From Dipteris shenzhenensis (Eukaryota), in assembly GCA_047967505.1 (NCBI GenBank), contig CM106538.1: DNA of 64,000 nt, one strand, 5' to 3'. Of this stretch, positions 55,876-64,000 are shown piece by piece. A program made the translations under genes and the position numbers. How positions within the stretch are numbered: position 1 is the stretch's first letter; every line of letters starts with the position of its first letter. The notes beneath the pieces were generated by a model. That model did no database searches, was not told the DNA's origin, and saw nothing but the letters and a program-made list of their open reading frames with translations.

Positions 55876-57800
55876 CATGGTGAAAAACTAGGAAATATCC
55901 ATTCCAAGCCATGAAAACAATGCGGGATGGCCATGATACTTTGCACGGGCCTTGAATTCACATTTTTTAAGGCTTGTGAAAAGTATCATGCCAATAAAAT
56001 ACCATTTTCATGGCTAGAAGCATAACGATGCATGCTTTTCAATGCTCACGCATGATGCATGGTGGGAACTATCCATTCCAAGCCATGAACATGACATCAA
56101 ATGGCCATGATACTTTGCAAAGGAGTTGAACTCACCTATTTTAAGCATTTTGTAAAGTTTTAGACCCATTTAATACCATTATATCATGGCTAGAATCACA
56201 CCAATGCATGTTTTTCAATGCTGGTGAATCGTGAAAAACTAATGAAAAATCCATTCCAAGCCATGCAAATGATATCCAATGGTAATGAAACTTTGCATAG
56301 GCCTTAAAATTCACTAATTTAAGTCTTTTGAAAAGTATCATGCCCATAAAATACCATTTTCATGGCTAGAAGCATACCGATGCATGTTTTTCAATGCTCA
56401 TTCATGATGCATGGTGAGAAGCTAGGAACTATCCATTCCAAGCAATGCAAATGACATCAAACGGCCGTGATACTTTGTACATGACTTTAAATCTCCTATT
56501 TTAAGGCTTATAAAAAATATCATGCCCATATAATACCAATTTCATTTCTAGACACACATTGATATAATACACACCGATGCATGTTTCTCAATGCTCATGC
56601 ATGAGAAATATCCATGCCAAGACAAGCAAATGAGATCCGATGGGCATGATACTTTGCAAAGGCTGGAACTTGCTAGTTTACGGCTTGTGCAAAGTGTCAT
56701 GACTTTTGGATGTCATTTTCATGGCTAGAAGCTGACAAATGCATATTTTTGAATGGGCATGCATAATGCATGTGAAAAACTAGGAAATATCTGATTTAAG
56801 CCATGTAGACCACATCTGATAGCCATGATACTTTGAATAGGACTTAAAATACACAATTTTAAGGCTGTTAGAAAGTATCATGTCTTTTGAATACCATTTT
56901 TATGGCTGGAAGCACACCGGTGCATGTATTTCAATGCTCATGCATGATGCATGGTGAACAACTAGCCATGCAATTGACATTACATGGGCATGATACTTTG
57001 CATAGGGATTGAAATTGCCTTGTTTAAGGCTTGTGCAAAGTATCATATATTCCCAGAAAACACCATTTTTATGGTTAGAAGCACACCAATGCATGTTTTT
57101 AATGCTCATGCATGATGCATAGTGAAAAACTAGGAAATATCCATTCCAAGCCATGAAAATGACATGATACTTTGCACAGGCCATGAAATCACCTATTTTT
57201 AGGCTTTTACAAAGTTTCATGTCCATAAAATACCATTTGCCTGGCTAGAAACACATCAGTGCATGTTTTTCAACACTCATGCATGATGCATGGTGAAAAA
57301 CTAGGAAATATCCATTCCAAGCCATGAAAATGACATCAAATGGCTATGATACTTTGCACATGCATTAAAATTACCAAGTTTAAGGCTTGATCAAAGTATT
57401 TTGTCCATAAAATACCATTTTTAGGGCCACAAGCACACCGATGCATGTTTTTTAATATTGATGCATGATGCATGGTGAGAAACTAGGAAATATCCATTCC
57501 ATGCCATGAAAATGACACCAAATGGCCATGATACTTTGCACAAGCCTTAAACTCACCCGTTTTCCTACTTGCGCAAAGTATGATGCTTATCAAATGTGAT
57601 TTGCATGGCTAGAAGTTGACAGATGCATGCTTTTCAATGACCATGCATGATAGATGGTGCGAAACTAGGAAATATCCAATCTAATCCATGAAAATGACAT
57701 CAAATGGCCATGATTCTTTGCATAGGACTTGAAATCATCTAGTTTGAGGCTTTTGAAAAATATCATGCACATCTAATACCATATGCATGGCTAGAAGTAC
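55876..57800. repeat. ~170-182-bp tandem satellite, about 11 units
   Basis: GCATGGTGAAAAACTAGGAAATATCCATTCCAAGCCATG...GATACTTTGCA...AAAGTATCATG...GGCTAGAAGCACAC recurs at about 55876, 56057, 56230, 56409, 56769, 56949, 57117, 57288, 57470 and 57652. More diverged units lie at 58560-59020. Confidence 0.9.
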
Positions 57801-60513
57801 AATGATGTATGTTTTAAAAGGTGCAAGGTGTGGTAAAATAGGAGATATAATAACAAAAGTCAACATGCACCCTAAAACAAGGCCTCCTAGGCTACAAGAT
57901 TTTGTAATCCAATACAAGTCATCATTTATTAAACCTAGTAAGAAACTAGAAGTGAGAGAAGTACTAAAATTTTTAAGAAATGCAAAAACAAAGGAAAATT
58001 TTATTTTCATCGGTATAGGTGCCAGTATATACCGATGCTTATACCGACTCAGATAAACTTTCAAAAAGCAAACCCAAATGCCTCTTTTTTTGCCACACCT
58101 CTCTTGTTTGAGATCTTGCCAACTTTTTGCCTCTTCCTCATGACCTTTCCACCATCTCCCTACCCTCCCTTCCATCCCTACACCACCCACACCACTGTTG
58201 GCCCACTCCCCTCCACTCCAAGCTTAAAGAAGAAGATTTCTATTTTGGAAACTAAAGAAGTGGATGATATTTTGAGTGGTTTGTCTTCAAATTTCTTCTT
58301 CTAGGTAAGCTTCCAAACCATTTCATTTGCATTAAATAATGTTTGGAATCTTCATTGTGTGTTTACACGTTTCTTATGTCTTTGTGGTTGCACAAAAGGC
58401 AAATTTGAGATTTTTCTATGGCCCAGGGGAGATGCTGCCAAAATTTCCCAATTACTTGCTTGATATGATTGCATCTTGTTGCTTGCTTGCTTGCTTCAAT
58501 TTGTTTTGATTACTTTGTTGCTTTTTACTCATTACTTGATTTGTAGCATAATTTTTAGCACTCATGCACAATGAATGGTAAGAAATTTGAAAATACACAT
58601 GCCCAACCATGAAATTGATGGCTGATCCCCATCAAACTTTGAAAGCACAGGGGTTTTTATCTCGTTGAAGCTATGTAAAGTATCATGCCTATCAGACACA
58701 CATAGATATGCTAGAAGCACTCATGCATGATGCATGTTTAAGAATTGTGAAAATACGCCTGCCCAACCATGAAAATGATATCCTATCAAATCAAAAATTT
58801 GCAAGGATAAGGGTATGAAGACTTTATAAAGTATCATATCCAATCAAACCCACACACATATGCTAGAAGCACACCGATGCATATTTTTAACACTCATCCA
58901 CATTGCATGGTAAGAATTGTGGAAAGTCACATTCCCGGCCATGAAAAATATACTTGATCCACATAAAACTTTTGAAAAAACAATTCTATTACTTTCATTA
59001 AGTCCTATACAAAGTATCATACCCACCGTAGGGAGTGTTGATGATGCAATCATTAAGAATGCTTGTATATTCAAAGAAAATTATGAGATTTAGACATTGG
59101 GTCAAACCATAGGCTTGAATGTTTCTTGGAAAACTCTTCATGTAATGTCTTACTAATTTTATATTTTATTTTACTATGTAAAAATTGTATTATTTATTTC
59201 TCAATCAAGTATTGAATAATATTTGTTATCAAGTAAAATGCGTGTGTTATAAAAGGTAAAAGTTATTCCTTAGAATTTTAGATGACTTCTTCACACTGTG
59301 TACTATGAGTATTGATGCACTTAAGACTTTTGATTAATCTTTCACACTTAGACAATACATAAATAGTGATAGTAATATCAATGTTGTGAATAGTAGTACT
59401 GAATCTTTGGCAACAATAAGATCTTTGCAGCAACTGAATGGCCAATTGTGTAATTTTACTCCACATATGCATTTTGTGCTACCATTTCTTGGTAAGAATG
59501 GCAGTTAAAAAATGGTTTTCTTTTCTTCGTAAGAAGTGGCAATCAAGAGATCGTTGCCATTTTGTGCTACCATTTCTTCTTAAAAAATGGCAGTCAAGAA
59601 GTGCTTGCCATTTTTTTGAACGAAGCGACAGTCAAGAAATGGCAATCAAGAATTTGCTACCTTTTCTTCATAAGAAATGGCAGTCAAGAATTTATTGTCA
59701 TTTCCTTATAAGAAATGGCAATCAAGAATTTGCTGCCATTTCTTCGTAAGAAAGGGCTATCAAGAATTGGTTGCCATTTGGTGCTACCAATTATTACTAA
59801 GAAATGGCAAACAATAAAAGGTTGCCATTTCTTTCAAAGAAATGTCAGTTCAAGAACTAGTTGCCATTTCTAACTGTCATTTTTGCAAAAATATGGCAAT
59901 TTGAGAAGCTAGTGCCATTTCATACATAAGAAATGGCAAAATTGGAAATTGTGTGCCATTTCCTATTGCCATTTCTACCTAGTTTTGTAGTAGTGAGATA
60001 ATGCATTTTCTAGAGAGTCCACTATAGTTGAAAATATGCAAGAAGATGAGCAATGCCTTTTTCCCCATAAATTTTGTGGTAGGAAGGGTGATAATCTGTT
60101 GCCAGATTTTATACCATCCAATGAAATCCAAGAGGGTCTTTTTGGTGCCATTTGTGCAACAGATCCAAAATCAGAGTTGGATGTCCAAGGGGGACCAATT
60201 TGGGTTGCAAAGGTTGCTCGGATAGGGAAGGATGAAATGAGAATCCCTATCATATTCACAGCATTATGGTATGAACCCAAACCATTAAACAATCTCCCAA
60301 ATAGGTATACAATGAAGAAAATTTATGAGGGTTCTTTGAAATGGAAAAGAAATGAGAAAAAGAAGCATGGGTATGATGTGGAAAAAATATCATGATCTCT
60401 GACACTAGCCTCACACATATCAAATATTATTTGGGTAGACTTGATCCAACTAAAGATGCATTAACAGAGTCTGATGACTCCAAAAGAGATTCTGAAGTGT
60501 AAGAGTAGATATG

Positions 60514-61272
60514 TGTTAGATATGCTCAATGCCCCACCCTCTTGGTAACCACCAGTGGTCCAAGGTGCTCAAGTTGTAAAGCCCCCATATGAGGAGAAGC
60601 CATGTGTGAGCTTGGGACACTAGATGGATCCTGACTTGCATGTCAGATGAGGTCTATCAATGAGACCGTTGATGGTAGAAAGGTGATTGTGTGGGATCCC
60701 CTTGCTCTCCCTGGGGTCTAGGGGCTAACTGGCCCCCACCCAGGGGGGCCCAACGGCACCCCTGGTGGGGGTTCGGGAGTGAGAGCTCCCAAGGAAACAG
60801 TATAGGGAATATTCCTTGAATATTCCATGGACAACTGGTCAGTTCCATCGACTAGGTTGACTGGTCGGCTTCACCGACTAGGTTGACTAGTCAGTTCCAC
60901 CGACTACATTGATCTGACTACCGCCCTCATAGCTATAAAGACCCGACCTCCCCAGTTCATTGTACAAGATCAGATCTCCTAGTAGAGATCTTCCAGCTAG
61001 TAGCTCTTCACCTAGTATCTGTCTAGATCGCCATCTAAGCTCCATTGTGGGAGTGCATGGGTGGATGGAGCCATCATCTATACTACATCAGTATTGAAGG
61101 AAAATTTTGTTCGTCTTCAGTTTGTTGTGTACTCTCTATTCTTTGTTAAATTTTTGTTCCGCAGCGCCGTGTAACTTAATAGTATGTCCCTATGTGGCAG
61201 TTCCTTGTCAGTGATCTCTACATCTTTTCCAAAATGGTGTGTCTTTAGACCACCTCTATGTTGGTATCAACA
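60514..61272 (+). mobile_element. Probable solo LTR
   Basis: TGTTAGA...TATCAACA ends, internal GACT(A/G)GTC repeats and a TATAAA near 60933. No TSD found. Confidence 0.45.
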
Positions 61273-62970
61273 ACTTTTGAACTCTATCTTATTAATAATT
61301 AAGCTTAAATTAAGAAATAGATTATGAATTAATTAAAAAACTAGTTAGTAATAAAAGTAAATAATAATTAAAGAACTAACAAAAAGTATTAAAAATTAGA
61401 AAATTAATCATTAATTAAAAAATTATTTGGGAATACAAAAGGATTAGTAATAAAAAGTGATTAATAATTAAGAAATTAATAAAAATGATAATTAAAGAAT
61501 TAATTATAAATTAAAAATAATTACAAACTAGCTAGTAATAGAAGGCTCAAGCCTTAGGTGGGCATGTAAGAATCAAGTTCTATGTGTCCACATATTAAGG
61601 GGTGTGTCACATGTGACCCCTCACATTCTCTTTCCCGCTCACTATACCTACACCTTTGTTTCTACAGATCATAATTTGTGGAGATAGATATTTATAGTTT
61701 TGCAAAAACACCCCTTTTTGAGTCTACTAGGTCAATATCAAGTGGAGGTGATTGGTTTGGGAAAAAAGTACAAAAAGTATAAATACAATGTTAGCCAAAG
61801 GAAAACAACAGTGGCAAGGGAACCTCCAAGCAAAACAAACAGGGGGAAATGACAAGGAGGGCACCCCCAAGGTATAAGAGGACAAATAGGGGGGAAACGA
61901 CTAGGAGGCTACCCTCAAGAAATAAGAGAAATTGGAGGGGAATAACCAACATGGCACGTCCGAAGTAAAGGGAATGGATGAAGGTGGGGAAACGGTGGAC
62001 CAAAAGAGCAGGAAGTCTAGATGAGCAAGGCCAAATAGGGATCTCACTCTCGCCCTCTTACTTTGCCACCATTCCCTTCTGATGCTACATTCAAGTCAGG
62101 TAGTGAGTATCGAGAAGGCGACACAAATAGACTATAGTTTTAACATGTTAGTTTAGATGTGAGTTTTGGCAAAGGTGTTAGATAAGGAGATGCAGATGGA
62201 GCAGATAGCAGAATCTACCGAGCCAATTTTGATGGTTGAGGGTCTCCCAAATGCTATGGCCACCATAGAAGTTTTGTAGCATTTTTTGAGTAGGGAGGAG
62301 ATGCCCATCCGTTACAGGGTTTATCGGGTAGGGAGGAGATGCCCATCCATTACAAGGTTTATCTCAATAGCCTAAAGTAGATGAAGTGTTTACTACACCC
62401 TCCATGCACCAAGAAATTTTGAATCCTGTACAACCTATTATCTCGGTCTATGACAAGGAAGTTTGGTATTTCAGCCATTTTGTGGAGGAACGTGCTCAAA
62501 GGTAGCACAACATTTTCAAAACCAAACGCACGTTGATTCTCACCCAAGTACAACAATTTCCCAAACCTACTATGGTCGATTCTCCCATCTACTACATCAA
62601 ACTTTTATGGGAACTCAAGCAACTAATTGGGAGTCATATAACATAATCCATATCCATACAACATAATATCCATGACTTGTGCATGGATTCAAGCATCATG
62701 TGGTAGGAGTGGCGGTTTGCTAGGTGAAAAGATACCACACAAATTTTGAGACGTTGGGTATCGATGTTTCAAAGTTGCCGAGGCCTTCACACTATCCACC
62801 ACTAGCTTACTAAACCCAAGCCACCACCTGTGGACATCAATAATATATATCCATGGCCACCAAGGGGGTGACATGGCCCTGATGGAATGTAATGCTCAGT
62901 CCTTCTTCGATTCCCCAGAATCATCATCTTGAGGGAAGGCCTACTTCATGATGTTGATCTTGAGGGAAGG

Positions 62971-63239
62971 TGTTGAGAGTTCACACTCAACATCATGTGA
63001 TCATGTGTGCATAGCACCATCACGTGATCATATGTGCATAGCACTAACCTTATAGAGTGCTATAAAGGAAAGGGTTAGATCCCCTAACCCTAACCCTAAA
63101 AGGGTTTGTATATATTCTATTTTTTCAACTAATTCTAGTGTACAGTTAGTCATTTGTGGTGTGCTCTCTAGCTGTGCCCTCTCTCCTCATCTCCACTCTT
63201 CTCCTCTCCAATCTTCATATTTTGTCATGGTATCAGAGC
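62971..63239 (+). mobile_element. Short LTR (62971-63227) followed by a tRNA-iMet PBS (63228-63239)
   Basis: TGTTGAGA...TTGTCA followed by TGGTATCAGAGC, and preceded by the PPT-like TTGAGGGAAGG. Confidence 0.8.
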
Positions 63240-64000
63240 TTCCTTGTCTTCTACTAAGACATTGAGTTTCTTGAGAGTGTGAGAGAGATTGTGAGATTGA
63301 GAGTTCTCTTGAGTGATTGTGAGATCCTTCCCTTCACTTCCGTTGAGAGAAAATTCCGTCCATTTGGTGAGATATTTCCGTTCATCTCCTTCAAGAGTTT
63401 GTGAAAGATTTTTGTTCTTCTACGAGAGAATTCTATTCTTGAGAGATTGAGAGATCTACGGTGAGAGAGAGTGTTCTGCTTCCTTTGTACTTGGAGTAAG
63501 AAAGGAAAGATAGGGAGTCTTATCTCTGCAAAGAACAAGTAAAGCTTTAGTGAGATCTCTCTTCGAAGAGAGAAGAGAAATCCAGATCTATGCGAGATTA
63601 TATCCATGACGTGTGCATGGATTTGGGCATCAAGTGGCAGGAGCAAGTCAGCTAGGTGAAAAGGTACCACACCAATTTTGAGATGCTGGGTATCGACGTT
63701 TCATCTAAAGAACCAGTCACCAAAGCTTGGACACTAGACTAGCTTACTAAACCTGGGTGACCAACTATGGACATCATTAATATACATCCCTTGGCCACCA
63801 AGGAGGTAGTATTTTGAACCACCATGATCCCCTCCTCGACCACCAACTACAAATAAAGCTTGGGCATCTCGATAGCCTATTCATCCCTGACCTCCCACCC
63901 GACAAAGGTGTCAATGACCACACCAGTTCAATCCTCGCATCCACATTCAAGCAATGTCTAGTCCATAGCAGTCCGTGAGGACATGGGCAAGGATAGTCGA

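Larger units (their letters stand above)
51255..59995. mobile_element. Non-autonomous/composite CACTA element
   Basis: TIRs CACTACTGCAAAACTAGGTAGAAATGGCA and the reverse complement CACTACTACAAAACTAGGTAGAAATGGCA. TSD AGA at 51252-51254 and 59996-59998. AAATGGCA subterminal arrays at 51270-52050 and 59440-59975. Confidence 0.95.
49430..60500 (+). pseudogene. Sola/DUF7869-like DDE transposase, decayed and split by the CACTA at 51255-59995
   Basis: CCKKLC, CNTCDEL, ITIDGMDQ, VDNC.RENKN and LVGHTHE..NQIFS in 49530-50710. The C-terminal part (PIWVAKV, WYEP) resumes at 59996-60395. Confidence 0.7.

Overview
Eukaryotic, transposon-dominated window from a land plant. The element repertoire suggests a non-seed plant such as a fern, which is inference only. 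There is one intact host gene, an intronless plastid-type geranylgeranyl diphosphate synthase (46031-47200, +). The rest is nested, mostly decayed mobile DNA. It includes two CACTA elements with matching TIRs and 3-bp TSDs, a Penelope-like RT element flanked by two ~2.4-kb direct repeats, a Helitron-like insertion, and a deleted Ty3/Gypsy element with a protease-like domain after the integrase. There are also Sola/DUF7869-like and hAT transposase remnants, LINE fragments, a ~180-bp satellite, and captured host-gene fragments (CDK, RBOH). The most unusual object is at 1.4-8.6 kb. It is a decayed, spliced polyprotein gene that appears to join a ParB/DGQHR-like domain, a degenerate beta-class N4/N6 DNA-methyltransferase-like fold and three tandem Ulp1/C48 protease domains. 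All domain calls come from reading motifs by eye, with no database search.
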